Assembly (NCBI GenBank): GCA_037447605.1
Contig: CM074821.1
Span: 558,001 to 622,000 of the forward strand
Length of the DNA: 64,000 bases
Reading direction: 5' to 3'
Origin: Zygnema circumcarinatum SAG 698-1b
Lineage: Eukaryota > Plantae > Zygnematophyceae
Shown here: piece by piece, positions 49,342-62,936 of the stretch
How positions within the stretch are numbered: the first letter of the stretch is position 1
Layout: the number at the start of each line of letters is the position of its first letter
Notes under the pieces: generated by a model
Told to the model about the DNA's origin: nothing
Seen by the model: the letters and a program-made list of their open reading frames with translations, nothing else
Database searches by the model: none
Position numbers and translations under genes: made by a program

Positions 49342-52300
49342 ATGATGAAGCATCCGCAGGAGTTTCACATTGGCGTGGCGGTGCGTGACGACGCGGCGAG
49401 CGAGCAGGCACTGGAGTGGGCGCTGGCGGAGTTCGGCATTCCCGAGGCGCTGCCGCATCTGCTCTTCACGCTCATCCATGTCGTCTCGGATGTTCCCAAC
49501 GAAAGTGCGGTCTTTCTCTCTGTCTCCCTCTCGCTATGTCTCTCCCCCTCCCTCTCTCTCCCTCCTGCCCTCTCTCTCTGTCACTCGCGCTCGCTTTCTC
49601 GCCCTCGTTTTGTCGACCTCCGTCTATCTCTCCTCTCTCTCCTCTCTCTTCCTTTCTATCGTTCGCAACCACTTTCTCTCCCTTCCTTTATCACTCCCTC
49701 TCTTCGTCTTCTCCCTCCCCCTCTGGCTTCCCCTCTCTTTCTCGCTTTCCCCCCTTCCTCGCTCTCCTTTCTTTCCTCCTCTGTCCCTCTTCCTGCGATT
49801 TACGCTCACTCTTACTCTCTCTTTCTCCCTCCGTCTATCTCCTCTCTTCCATGAAACATAGGGGATGGAGTGCGGAAAAGTGAAAAGTAAGAGGCAAGCT
49901 TTGTGACTGTGAAGAGGGGGCCTGCCCTGCTTTCTACACTTTGCCTAATGTTGAAAAAGGAGGATCCTTCCCTGAAAGCGGTCTTACATTGTATACATAG
50001 TGTTGAGTAGGGTTTCTCGGAGCCAAAGCGGCTTTTGGTGTTGGCTGGCTGCGTGACATTTCATTTAACAAGCGACAGTATCAAACAAAAAAAGAAAAAA
50101 GTGGCCAGTTGATTCATTCCTTTTACTCAGACTTTGGAATTAGGGGATGCAGGTGGGAAGCTTATTCGTGTCAGTGAAGCGGAGCCTTCTGCAGTGGCGG
50201 AACATCTGAGTGAAAATGTTTTGCCCTTTTTGATGAGGCTGCAAGACTTCTGTGATGAGACAGAGGTGAGAGAAATCTGTCCTTTCTCTGCATAATCTAA
50301 GGATGATTGGAAGAATGAAGGAGCTGCTTTCCTAACATTTATGCCTTTAGAATGCCATGTCCCTACATATCTGAGAAATAAATGGCAGAGGGGCTTCTCA
50401 AGCTTGTGTCGATGCAAAAAAGATTTTATGCTGGCTGATGGTTTCTGTACACGTGACGTTGCTCGCAGGTGACATCATCCATAGAAGTCGTAAAGAATGA
50501 CTTGAGGCCAGAGGCAATTATGGATGCTGCAGCGCGTCTCAGTGTGGGAGTGCTCGTATTGGGAGGCTCTCCTAACACGACCACGTATGCATTTTGTCGT
50601 TGTTTTGCCTTTCCTCCACTCTCCGTTTTGTTGCTCCGTGCAAACATTGGAGATCCTGACGGTAGCCATCCCTAGAGATTTTACTTTGTAAGGCCTTTTT
50701 TTGCTTTGGAATTGTTGCAGGTGGGGAACTATCGCGTACTGCACAGCTACGGGGAAGCAGCCTCCTGGGTGCATTGCCATTTCCATAGTGAATGGTAGAA
50801 AGCATAAGGAGGTGTCAGGAACGGGAGAGCTTGTATCAAGTCAGAGCTTCTCTCCCTCCTCTGTCCTCGGAGTTATTGAGAGTGAAGCAGAGGGAGGAGG
50901 GAGCTCCCAGTCATCCTTTGGGAGCACCCCAAATGGTAGTGCCCAGATGGGAACGACAGGAATGCTTATGGGACCCAGTTCTTTGGCTCCAAGCACAGTC
51001 TCCAGGAGAGAGAGATGGCAGAACCGCAATATTGGGAGAGAGGAAGATGCACTCTATTATGGGGGAGCTCTGCATGTAGATGTCGATGTAGCTGCCATGG
51101 ATGGTAGCGTGGAGGGAGAGAATTCATCTCCTAATCTCCCCCGCGCTCACTCACCATCGGGTCATCCTTCTACATTGTCTCCCTCACGTCAATTGGGTCC
51201 TGGTTCTGAACTGTCGAGAGTATCACCTCGACGCCTTCCTCCTCCACTGCCCACAATCATAAGTTCTCCCAGCAGAACTCCTCCAGAATCGCCTCAAATG
51301 TCTTCTATGGCAGCAGAGGTTCATCCACTAAATGAAGAGAAATCAAAATTGGATGAAGAAGTGAGTGGTGCGAAAACGGACGAGCCGCAAGAGAATGGGG
51401 AAAGGGAGAGCGATCCAACTGTAGGGATTGAAGGGGAAAGGGTTGAGAAAGTTGGAGCTGTGAAGGAAGCAGAGGAGGTAGAGAGGGGTGAGTCTGTTGA
51501 AGTTGACGAAAGACGCACTGAAGCTGCGGATTCTGTGATCGAGCTTGCAGCGAGTTTTGCCGATGATCAATTGAGAGAAGATAATCCTCAGGACGCTAAA
51601 GAAGTTCAGGAGTCTTCCACAACTTCAGGAGCCCCAGATGCAGTATCATTGGAAAGTACGCAGCTTGCGGCAACTGATACTTCTACGGCAGTTGAAGAGA
51701 CTGTTGGAGAGATACAGAAGAAAGAAGGAGAGGCTGTGGGAACAATAGCTGTGGATGAATCTGCAGAGCCACAGGTGGAGGACTCGACCACTGCAGATGA
51801 GGGTGAGTGTGGGTTAGCCGAGGAGGCAACACAAGGTTTGGAAGGTGGAGTTTTAGAAGATGAGAAACTGAAAATGAAGGTCGTGGACATAGAAGAGGTT
51901 TCTACAAATACCGAATCATTGGGGCAAGGAGAAGCGGGTGAAGAAAGAGAACATGCTGAGTCCTCCACTTCTCAAGAAGCGAGCAGCGCAGATGTCGCAG
52001 TGAGGGATGAGGAAGCGTCTGTTAGCAATCAGGGGATGGAGAAAGGTGCAGAAGGTGAAGTTTCTGAGATTGTCGTGCCAGAAGGGGTGCCAGGCCCTTC
52101 AGCTGACAATAGTCTCTCGCTATCATCCCCTGAAGTGACACAAGCTGTTACAAGTGAAGGTGGTGAAGATGTTTTCTTTGATTCTGTTGTTTCTCAGGGT
52201 GAGGGAGAACCTGAACAATTAGATAGGAAATTGTCAGGAGTAAACATCATTGATCTCTCTTCAGGAGATGAGATGCCTCCAGTGGGGGAGGATGGTCTGA

Positions 52301-54289
52301 CTCCTCTCCAGCGCGCTCGTTTGGCGTATAGAGCAGGAAATCCACACTCTGGTCCTTCTGCTTCTTCCCAGTCATATTCAGGAGAGGGCTCAGGGGACCA
52401 AGGAGGAGGGGGGAAGGTGGAGTTTGCTCTCCCTCCTCCTAGCATCACTCGTGCAGCAAAAATGTCCGGAAAGCTCGCAGCAAAGGCCAACCTACCGACA
52501 TCTATGGGAGGAAGAGTAAGTTAAGAATTAGTAATCATACTCTGCTGGGAAGAGGGCCGAAAGGAGGGTGGGAAGGGTGGGGAGGGGGGGGTTGGGAAGG
52601 GAGAGAGAGGGGGAAGCGCGCGCGCGCGAGAGAGAGAGAGAGAGCGACGTCATGCTTGCTTACCTGCAATGTCTCAGTGGCTGAAGTAGGTGTGTGTGGT
52701 TTCTTGCAGGGTAAGATGGACCGGAAGGCTAAGGAAGAAGCTGAGGTAGCAGTTGGGAGAGCCATCAGAGAGAGCATGGGGCAGTCGAACGTGCCCCTTA
52801 TGGTTCCGCGGGTGAAAACCGACTTTAAAGTTTACACAATGAAAGAGCTGCAGGCAGCCATGGATCACTTTTATCCCAATCATATTCTGGGGGAAGGAAG
52901 CTATGGAATTGTGTATCGTGGAATGCTGGATGGAGTGGACGTCGCCATTAAACAGTTGAAAAATCCAGAGCATAATGCCGCAATGGAGGAGATTGAGAGG
53001 GAACTGGAAGTGCAGAAGAGATGTGAACATCCTAATCTAGTGAGATTGTTGGGATATTCTGTGGAAGATCGAAGCTTAGTTTATGAGTATTTGTGTAATG
53101 GCTCGCTAGAAGATCGACTGCTTTGTATGGGAGGCTCACCTCCACTCCTCTGGCCAGATCGATGCCGAATAGCTATGGAGGTAAGCTCGATTTCCGCTTG
53201 TTATGAGACAAGCTCCCTTCTCTTTTTCTCAAAGTAGTAAATTTGTGAAGTAGTTGTTTGAGACCCTTTTCTTTCTCGCAATGCACTGGTAGAGAGTGAA
53301 GCTGTCGCGTGAGAAAGATATTGTGGTGTTAACTATTGCATGTCCGTTTGCAGGTAGCTGCGGCTCTCCATCACTTACACACTCGCACTCCTCCCATAGT
53401 TCATCGAGATGTGAAACCTGCAAACGTATTACTGGATGAACACTTTGTTGCAAAACTGGGGGACGTGGGGCTCGCTCGGCTCATGGCTGACATGCAGAAC
53501 GGAAACACTCACATAGTCAGGAAATCAGTCATAGTTGGAACAGAGCATTATGTTGATCCTGAGTACCTCTGTGCAAGGAGGGGCTATTTGGGCCCCAAAT
53601 CCGATGTTTACTCGTTTGGAATAGTGCTCCTCCAATTGTTAGTAGGGGGCATTCCGAACCTCAGGAAAATAGACATTGCTGTGGAGCAGGACAATCTTAA
53701 CAGTCTGCTCGATCCCAGAGCTGGAGATTGGCCCAAAGGCCTTGTTATGGATATGGCAAATTTGGGTCTTTGGTGCTCCGAAATGGACCGAAAGGATCGG
53801 CCAGACTTAGAGGAAGAAGTGATTCCTGCATTGCTTGAAATATGCGAGGGAGCTGCGGCAGAGGTGATGGAGCAGGAACGCAGGAAAGATAGAGCTGTGG
53901 AGGAAGCGAGAGTGAGGGAAGAAGCTCTTGCTCTCGCACGGGAGGAAGCTGTTAAGCTGAAAGAGGCTGAAATGAAAAGGCTGAGTGATGAGAGAGTCGC
54001 TCAAGCAGCAGCAGCTGCTGCAGCAGCAGCTGAGAGAGAAGCGATTCTCAACCGTGCTTCTGTAAAAAGCCTTCCCGGTAGCCCTGCAAATAGACCGGCA
54101 CTTTCTTCTCCTCCTAAGCCTGCAGATTCGCAGAAGGCAGCTGTGCATGTGAAAAGTAACTCTGTTTCTTCTCCTGCTCATGCAAAAGCAGCAGTTCTGC
54201 AGGGTCCTATTCCGGTAGCTTCTGCAAGAGCCCCTCCTCCCCCTCCAGCCATGGAGGCTTCTGGAGGCTGCGCGTGCGTTATATTGTGA
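49342..54289 (+). CDS. USP-domain receptor-like cytoplasmic kinase (RLCK-IX type) with long acidic linker and C-terminal CaaX
   Basis: Exons 49342-49504, 50153-50265, 50469-50584, 50721-52515, 52710-53180 and 53354-54289. USP motifs (IGVAV..S..ALEWAL, TLIHV, VLVLG); kinase GEGSYG, VAIK, HRDVKPAN, GDVGLAR, GTEHYVDPEY; ends GGCACVIL*. Confidence 0.9.
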
Positions 54290-56543
54290 GGAAAAGCGTC
54301 TGCAATTGAGGAAGATGCTGCATGAATAAGGGTGAGTCTCGATTCGTATAAAGATTGAAGAATTTGATTCCAATCATGTTGATGTCCTTGCATGGTATAG
54401 CCAAGACCAGTATGGCAGTTGGGCTTGTCTTCACTAAACAGCTCCCTGTTGTTCACTCTCCATGTCTATGTCAGCTCTTGTCTCCCTTTGCCTTAATCAG
54501 GGGTTATATTATGCTTTATGAGCATCCTCTTGTTTCGACACTGTCTCTTTTCTTCATTCAGTTCAAGTGATGTAAAGCCTTTTTTGGTCAGGTGCATGAT
54601 CGGCGCTGGATTTTTAGATTCTCCGTTCTAAGATTTTCTGTAAGGTTTTGTGGTTTCCTTTTCCGTGAAAGCAGGACGATATCTCACTTTTTATTTGAAG
54701 GAACAGTCTTAGCAAAGAGGCGTATTTCCCACCAGTATTGCGAGACTGCATTCTGCGTACAGATTCTGTTACTGCTGGCTATGTTTGGGGGAATTCCTAC
54801 TGTAGATCTAGGGATGCAGATCGTTTATTAAACTGTAACAAGCTACGTGGATCCTCCATTTCTATGTGGGAGGCAGAAACCATTGTTAGGAAACCCAAGG
54901 TTGTTATCTTGGGCGAACATCTCATATGGACTTCAGTCAAAGGACTTATGACTTGTCTATTTTCAAGTGGAGCAATTCCTGAAACACTGAAGGCATGGGT
55001 CTGTCCGCTTCGTAAGCACGAGGTGGAGATATTCGCCAAGGAAGGAAAGACAAGACATGATTTTGCCGCTGCTGTCCTCTCTCGTAAGGGCTCTGCAGAT
55101 CCTGGCTGGAGAAAGAAACCCTAAACAATATAATCTGTGAACTCTTCCCTCCCTATCTGAACTGAGATTATCGCGGGCATACTATAGCAGTTGATAAGTA
55201 GCTACTTAAAGTTGAAGCTTGAATCCGCCCAATAGCAAGAAGTAGTCAGCCCATGCTTTGTATAGATAATCATTTGTTGATTCTTGTGCCTTATATCATT
55301 TGTTCGGACGAGCATTAGCGCAAAGGCATGATGGTACTTTGCGTACTTAATTTCATAAACTTACAAATGTTCAGTTACAGCTTTTCAGTTGCAGCTCTGC
55401 AAGAGACTGCGTACGTGTCCTTTCAGTCGCTCTTCTCAGCTCTCCGTTGTTTCCCTTTTACTGCCGAAGGTCCTCGTCAACAGTGAAGTTCAAATTTTAA
55501 ATGTTTGTAGAGCCAACAAGTTTCTCACTTGGTTACTTCGCTGATTGGAGATTGTCCGTCAGTTGAGGAACGGCTTTAATGCGAATTGCAACGAGTGTCC
55601 CTCTCCCTCTCACTTACACTCTCCCACTCCGTCTCCTTCCATCCCTCTCACAACCCGCCTCCACAAGCAGGATTGCTTTTGCTTAGAGGGTTCCAAGTTC
55701 CAACATCATGAAAAGGTCGGAAATTGAAACCCGCACAATCGATCTGCTGCTTTGGAAAAAACATAACTGTATGCTTTTATTCCATTTCTGTCACATGAGC
55801 GCTAAAGATTGAAATTCCCACTGTTCCACTTGTGCATCATTTGCCATCTTTGTCATAGAGTACCTGTTAAAGGAAGGATGTGGCACTGATCTCACGATGC
55901 CGATGCCATCAAATGAACATGGACAAAATCATCATGGGTAACCACGACGAACTGATCGCAAAGGACCTAAAGAGAACGGGTTAAGGGTTTTTAGATTTTT
56001 AAATCTGGTCAAACCAAACCCACAGTGCAACAACACACGTTCGAAACGAAAAGGGGAAGACCTCTTCTCAAGGAACGGTATGACTCACATACAGCGGTCG
56101 TTACCGAGTCCTAGCTTTTATGACTAATGGTAAACCCCTTGGCTAAGCTGTATAATAAAAGCTAACCATCACTCCGCACACGCCCTTTCCCTCCCTCAGC
56201 TTCACTACCACACATCCTTCTATCCTTCCCAAATCTTTATACAAGAGTTACTCCGAGATTGACCCCTACACTGGTAAACCGCCTACTCCCTTTAGTAACA
56301 CGGGAACCCAACTTCGAAAATCGAAGAATTCTTCACTCAGATGGCGGGCCCACAGTTTGTAGTGTGCAGTTTGCTCTAAGTCCCCCCCCTTACAATTCTC
56401 CGCCTTCCCTCAAAAAATCGTCGCTCCGGTGAGCAACCAATGACGACCAATAAGAGACTTTGTGTAAAACAAGGATTTTCAGGCACTTCCGTGCAGCTGA
56501 ACAGCTCCATCCCTACAGCTGAACAGCTCCGTCCTAACGGGTT

Positions 56544-59500
56544 TCATGCAATTGGTTCGACTAATTTACTGGCCGGAACACGGTGCCTCCGTTCCACATA
56601 AGCAGCAGGGAACCAACCCGCCTTCCCTTTGGCTTCCCCTTCAGCCCATCCAGTTGGAGAAACCTGCAAACGTGAACCTCCATGAATGAGAAAAGGTGAA
56701 AAGAGGGGGACGGAGGGTGGGAGAGGAAACATATCTAGAGAGCGAGAGGGCGAGAGGGTGCAGACGGGGAGAGGCTTCGGAAGAGGACAAAGACGGGGAG
56801 AGACGGAGGAGAGAGAGAGGGAGAAAGTCAGGGAGGGAGAGGAAGGGGAATACGTGAGTGGGTTCCAGGGAGAGAGAGAGAGAGAGAGAGAGNNNNNNNN
56901 NNGCAAACTAAAAAAGACAAGGAGAAGAAGATAAGGATGGACGGGGAGGGGGGATGGAGACACAGAGAGGGGCAGAGATGATAGAGGAGGAGATGGCCGA
57001 AGGAAAGCACGACAGCAGAATAGAGAGAGTCAGACAGGGAAAGTGGGAGAGGGGGGGAGATGGAGAAAAAAAGAGAGACAAAGGGGGAGGAGCCAAAGAG
57101 AGAAAGAAAGAGAGAGACTACATAATCTGCATCTTATATCATTACCCACCTCTGCAAGATAATACTGCCCCTTCTTGCTTGCTGTTGTCTGTGTCCCATT
57201 GGCTCGAACCTCTTCATACGAGGGAGGAGGAGAGGTGAATGGGTTGGAGGAAGGATCAGCTGTGGGAGGGGGCATTGACTCGCTCCTTTGTCTCTCACTC
57301 ACCATCTGAGCCATACATTAAAACGATTGTGAACAATGGATTTACCACAAGGGAGATTACAGCGGAAAGAACATTATAAAGTGAGGACAATGCAAAATTA
57401 GTACAGCGAAAGGGAACCACTTCAAAAAGGTACTCACGCACACCATAAATCTCACTAGAAAATGGGACCTTTCTTTCTAAACTAAAAGTCAGATGAGTAC
57501 GATAGGTACAGCCAAACGAATAGTTCTGCTTACCTGATTATGCAGCTGGTCGAAAATTTCAGCTGCCCGTTGATGATAGGAGCGCTCAGCTTCTACCTGT
57601 TCCCTCAACCTCTCCGATTAGGCCTATATGCACGCCTGATGCAACTACTGAGCCCATGAAAAAACAATCGTTAAAAAACGAAAAACAGAACACGGCTTTA
57701 CCATTCCTTCTAGTGGTTGTCCATAACTCCTACAACATGACATCAAATGCAAAATGCGGTAAACCCAAAGTAAAGTCGATCGTAACAAAGCAGTCAGTCA
57801 GGCATTCCCCGTCAAGCTGCTCTTGACATGAACCCTTTGATTGTCCCTGAACAGGCATATGCATGAGCCCATCCCTTCCCTCCCTTCCCTCCCTTCCCTC
57901 CCTTCCCTCCCTTCCCTCCCTCCTTCCCTCCCTTCCCTCCTTCCCTCCCTTCCCTCCCTTCCCTCCCTCCTTCCCTCCCCTTCCCTCCCCTTCCCTCCCT
58001 TCCCTCCCTTCCCTCCCTTCCCTCCCTTCCCTCCCTTCCCTCCCTTCCTCCCCCTTCCCTCCCTTCCTCCCTCCCTTCCCTCCCTTCCCTCCCTTCCCTC
58101 CCTTCCCTCCCTTCCCTCCCTTCCCTCCCTTCCCTCCCTTCCTTCCCTCCCTTCCCTCCCTTCCCTCCCTTCCCTCCCTTCCTCCCTTCCCTCCCTTCCC
58201 TCGCTTCCCTCCCTTCCTCCCTTCTCTCCCTTCCCTCCCTTCATCCCTTCCCTCCCTTCTCTCCCTCCCTTCCCTCCCTTCCCTCCCTTCCCTCCCTTCC
58301 CTCCCTTCCCTCCCTTCCCTCCCTTCCTCCCTCCCTTCCCTCCCTTCCCTCCCTTCCCTCCCTTCCTCCCTCCCCTTCCCTCCCTTCCCTCCCTTCCTCC
58401 CTTCCCTCCCTCCCCTTCCCTCCTCCCTCACCATAGCAATGAGACGCTGCAAAGTCAAGCGCTGTTGCTGAGCATCGACTGCGCTCATAGCCGAGGCCGC
58501 CTCCCTCCCCAACACTCCCATCGCGCTCGAAAGTTCGGACATTTTCTGCTCTGCTTGAGAGAGCCTCTGAGCAGTGTCGGCTGTTCCGGTGCCATCCTTA
58601 GCCTTTTGGGTGAATTTGTACACGAGGGAGGACTGCAGAAGGGAGAAAGGGAACACGTTAGGGGTGAGGGAGAATGTGGGAGAGGGGGAGAGATGTGTGG
58701 GAGAGGGGGAGAGGGAGGTGGGAGGTTCGGAGGCCGAAGAAGTGAGAGAAGGGTGGACGGATGAGGAAAGAGGGGGATGGGGATGGACAGAAGTTGGGTG
58801 GATTGGGGATGTGAGAGACAAGAGAGGAGAGAGGGATCACGTTCTAGAAGGTGGAAGATGAGAGGAAACAAGAGAGAGAGTGAGAGGGGTAAGAGATTGA
58901 AGATAAGATACAATGCGACAGAGTGAACCATATTCATCATTATCGTCACACCCCGACAATTCAAAATGCCCAGAGTTGTAATATAAAGATGTAACGGCCC
59001 TTCAAGTGGAAAAAGAGTACAGGAAAAGAGTAGCACAGACATACAGACAGACAGACAAACAGACAAACAGAGACAGACAAACAGAGACAGACAAACAGAG
59101 AGAGAGAGAGAGAAAGAGAGGGAGGGGGAGGGAGAGGAAAGGGAGAGGACCTGTGACTCCGCTTCCTGACGCAGCTTATCATAGCGCTGCGTCAGCATGC
59201 GCGCATCATCCAAAGGAGCACCATTCACCATCGCCTTCAAAGGTTCAGCCACCTGTCACATACCCCACTAATGTTAGATTTTCAGAATCGTTTAGTTTCG
59301 AAATTCGACATAATATTGTCTAGAACCACTGGAAGTGGCATTTACTTGGCACAGATTCACATATTACATGTAGGGTTCCAGTAATATATGCATTAAGCTA
59401 CTGGAAATTTCCCCACATGGTTCTGTCTCTAGCAATACAACCAAAACTCTGGGCCAACTACACTAGCAAAAATGATTCAGGGCAAAGGTAGCTAAACAGC

Positions 59501-62136
59501 CGAAACAGGTCTATTTCTTCCCTATCTCTACTTGTCTATGTACAAAGATGAAGTCTACCACTCAAAAGCACCGTAGATCGTATGGGAAGTGTGAAGTGCT
59601 GATAGTCTACCTTAGTTCCCTGTCCAACATCAGCAGAATGAAAGAGAGAGAGAGAGACTTCAATTCAAACAAATATTCTATTTATCCAATTTGGCTCGTC
59701 TGCTAGCAATCACATCACCTGTGCTGTCAGATTGCGATGAAGAGTATCCCGTTCCTTCTCCATAGTGGACCTCGCATTGCTGTAATGGAGAGCAGCTTTG
59801 CCCAAAGTCACACCAATACCGGGACCCTCTGTTCCGTATTTTCGACAGGCATCCGCTAATCCTTGAGCTGCAGAAATGGCCATGTAAAAGTAGGAAAGAA
59901 GGGAAATGGGGTTGAGAGTTTGGGGTTGAGTTTGGGGTTGAAATGGAGAAATTACAAGAGCAAGCATAACATGATGCTGGTTAGAGACAACTAGACATAA
60001 TGATGTGAGAGAGGAAGTCATTTCACCCAATGTCCACCTCATTACACCTCAAGATGCAGAGCATGTATGAGAAACAAATTCGTATTGTTTCATCTTGTCC
60101 CCCTTCTTCCCTCAAATGTGAGAATGCGACTTCTTACAATGCTCAGATTGCTTCGTTCCGGTAAATATGAGGCCCTCCACTCCTCGCACAATGTCCCGTT
60201 GAAAATGCTGCGAAAACATCAGAGGAGATTTTCCTTTTGTCTCAAATGTGTGAAGTCAGTTAAGAGGAACTACTTCAACTTCACATTACGGGTTTCAATT
60301 CCTCGTTCTAAAAGGTTTGCCTTACGCTCTCATACCCGCCCTTCTACCCCTAAGTGAGCAAATAATCTCGCATACAATATGCTTCAACAAGCAGAAAGAT
60401 GGGTGCCTTCAACCAAAAGAAAGAAAGAAAGAAAGAAAGAAAGAAGGGGCAGTCAAGAAAGGAGTGTGAACCAAAAATCAATTGAAGCGCACATTTCTCG
60501 AAAATGAGGGAGAGAACAACAATGATCAAATTGCTCCTTCAAAGAATTCTTCAAATGAAACCATGTCTCTCGGGCACAAATGAGTTTTCCAGCCACTCAG
60601 TCTCACCATTCCCCGAAAGTTTCCTCTCCAGACTCTCCCTTACTTCGAATCCAACATCTATCAACAGAACTTTCTCACTTCAGAAGATATAAGCTTCGCT
60701 TAGACCTCACATACAATACCTTTCGCACTTCTTCTTCTTCGTTTTCACTTCACAATATGAAAAGGGCATGAAGTGTTCCCTCCACAAACATACCAATGAA
60801 GGTTTTTGCAGAACTTTTGAGCAAGAGCATTGAATGGATTTCGTCTCTTTCCTAAAATTCCCACCTTGCCAGCCCTCGTTGTTGTATACAATCGCTCCAA
60901 CTGTTGGTGCCTTTCAAGTTCTGCCTCATCGATGATGATGGTCTCACTGTGCTGAGGACCGGCAGACCCCGAGAATGTCTTCTTCACCGCCTGTTTATTC
61001 GGCCAAAATAAAATCAAACAAAACAAGGTGAAGTATGAGTAAAGCAGGACAGATGCTCACAACATTCTCCTTCACAAACTTGAGGCCAAAAATAAGTGCT
61101 CTTTCAGACCTATGACAAGAAACTATTTTCATGCAGGTAAGTGCCGGTGCATATCCAGCCCCAGTTATACAGGTTTGAGAAAGCTACCAGAGAACACTAG
61201 ATAAGGTTGCATACATAATCAGGTAGAGACTGCAATTCTAAACATTCAAACCTGGTGGGCTAGAAATGCATTCACTTCCCTTGCATGCTCTACAATATCA
61301 TCAGAATCCCAAAATGTAGACATGCAGCATTCTGAAAGGCAAAAGCTCGATAAATTGACAGGATGTTCAAACTAATCTGTGAGTTTAAGTTACTGCTGTT
61401 GAAACTCTCTTGACTCTGTCGGGATGTAATAGCCATACTGTCTAAAAATAGCCTACAAGAAACAATCACGCCTGGGCTGTGAAATATGCAACCATAGAGG
61501 TGTTTCCAGATATGATGACTTCTAGCACATCTTCATTCTGGAGAACGCGATAGAAGTAGAGCTTAAAGACGATGCTTTCTAAGCAGAGCCGCTGTGTCTC
61601 TAGAGCATTCTACTTATTTGGGAATGAAGCAACTGGGTCATTGGTCAGTCACTCAAGCACATATCTGTTGCACTTCTGGAACTCCTCTTCACGGATCAAA
61701 AGAATCTGACCTAGCAAGTCGATATTTAGCTTCCAGATTCTTTTACCAGCGTCTTCCAGTCTTACAATAGATCATACAAGCTAGAAATCCATTGGGTTAA
61801 AAAGCTCTGCAGCATCACATGCCTCCATAAATATAGATGTGCATTCAACCATGCACTCGCGGCATCAATGATTCCCCATCAAAGCACAGATGGGTCAGAC
61901 TCAGAAACTGCAAAGGCTTTCAGGTCTGGCTCCGAAAACGAAGAACTTAAATCAATGGGCTGTGCAGAATTCTTGCCCTCAAAAGGTACAAATGATATCC
62001 AGGAAACGACGAACTGCAATGCATCTCCTAGCATTGGCTAAGTACACTTCAACAACCAGAAATTCAATCAACACTCAGTGCAGGTCACCTGCTGTTGCTT
62101 GGCCACCGACTCCCGTATCTTCCGCAAAGTCTCCAT
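56544..62136 (-). CDS. BAR-SH3 domain protein (SH3P2-like)
   Basis: Exons 62136-62089, 60990-60865, 60207-60138, 59867-59719, 59252-59151, 58632-58432, 57596-57534, 57305-57150, [exon for the N-half of the SH3 domain not visible, probably in the gap at 56893-56902] and 56663-56544. Motifs HFQRDIVRGVEG, QQQRLTLQRLIAMVEAER and GWAEGEAKGKAGWFPAAYVERR. Confidence 0.93.
57871..58425. repeat. 9-bp minisatellite (CCCTTCCCT)n in SH3P intron
   Basis: Dozens of ccttccctc units. Confidence 0.92.
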
Positions 62137-62729
62137 CTTGAAACGGAGCAATAATCCCTCGCAGGGACACTGCCTCCCTCTCCACTCTCTACTCTCTTCT
62201 CTCTACTCTCTTGTCTTTCACCTCTCTCTCCTCTCTCTGCTCTTCACTCTCTTCTCTCTTCTCTCACCTCTCTCTCCTCTCCTCTCTCACCTCTCTTCGC
62301 CTCTGGACCCTCTCAACGCTCCGAAGACAAAAACAGATGCGTGCAAAAGTATGTCAAATGCCGTGGATCATCATCTCTCAGCCTTTGAATGAATAGCTCG
62401 ATTCGTTCGAATTATCACTCCCCAACGTTTCAATCATTTATATTATTGATCGAATCTCAGGCATGTTTCCTGAACAGATCATGTCACCATCCCCCCAGAC
62501 CTCCATGGCTGCCAAGCTCTCTGAAGCAGGTATCCATGGCGGCAACTGCAAGAAGTCGTCGTTTAGGGTTTCGCGCTGTTCAAAAAAGGGGCCCACTTTT
62601 TCGGCAACGGCAGGAAAGGTTTCCATGTGAAAGCTGTTCCGTTAACCGTTGCAAATGTATACAACCAATAACTATTCGCCACGCAAGCAATAAAATTCTC
62701 TCCTGAAATTTGAAACTCAGACGTATTTG

Positions 62730-62936
62730 CCAATCAGGGTTTGTCACGTCAGATTATTGTTACACGTGGCAAATTGAGATTGGTTGAAATCCACACAGCT
62801 AACAAACCGGGTTTCCAGTTTCCAACCTGGTTACGGTCAGATTTTCAAACCGCGCACGCGTGGTCCTCGACGACATGGAACCACGCTAATATCAACAGAC
62901 ACAGTGCGTTCTCTTATCCAATGATATTGTGCCACG
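62730..62936. promoter_or_regulatory. ERSE-like dyad (62730-62783) plus a third half-site (62918-62936) upstream of the SH3P gene
   Basis: CCAAT-cagggtttg-TCACG-16 nt-CGTGG-caaattgag-ATTGG, and CCAAT-gatattgtg-CCACG. Confidence 0.6.

Noticed and set aside
54738-55124. 128-aa ORF downstream of the kinase, and short ORFs at 48771-49205 and 63439-63813
   Set aside because: No recognisable motifs or splice context; compatible with chance ORFs in GC-balanced DNA.
56664-57149. SH3P pseudogenisation (N-half of the SH3 domain missing)
   Set aside because: A scaffold gap at 56893-56902 lies in this interval and the other exons are intact.
81-58821. Many long S/L/P-rich or R/E/G-rich ORFs in the ORF track (e.g. 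81-884, 5254-6396, 26594-28113, 57730-58821)
   Set aside because: Translations of stop-free CT/GA microsatellites in introns or intergenic DNA.
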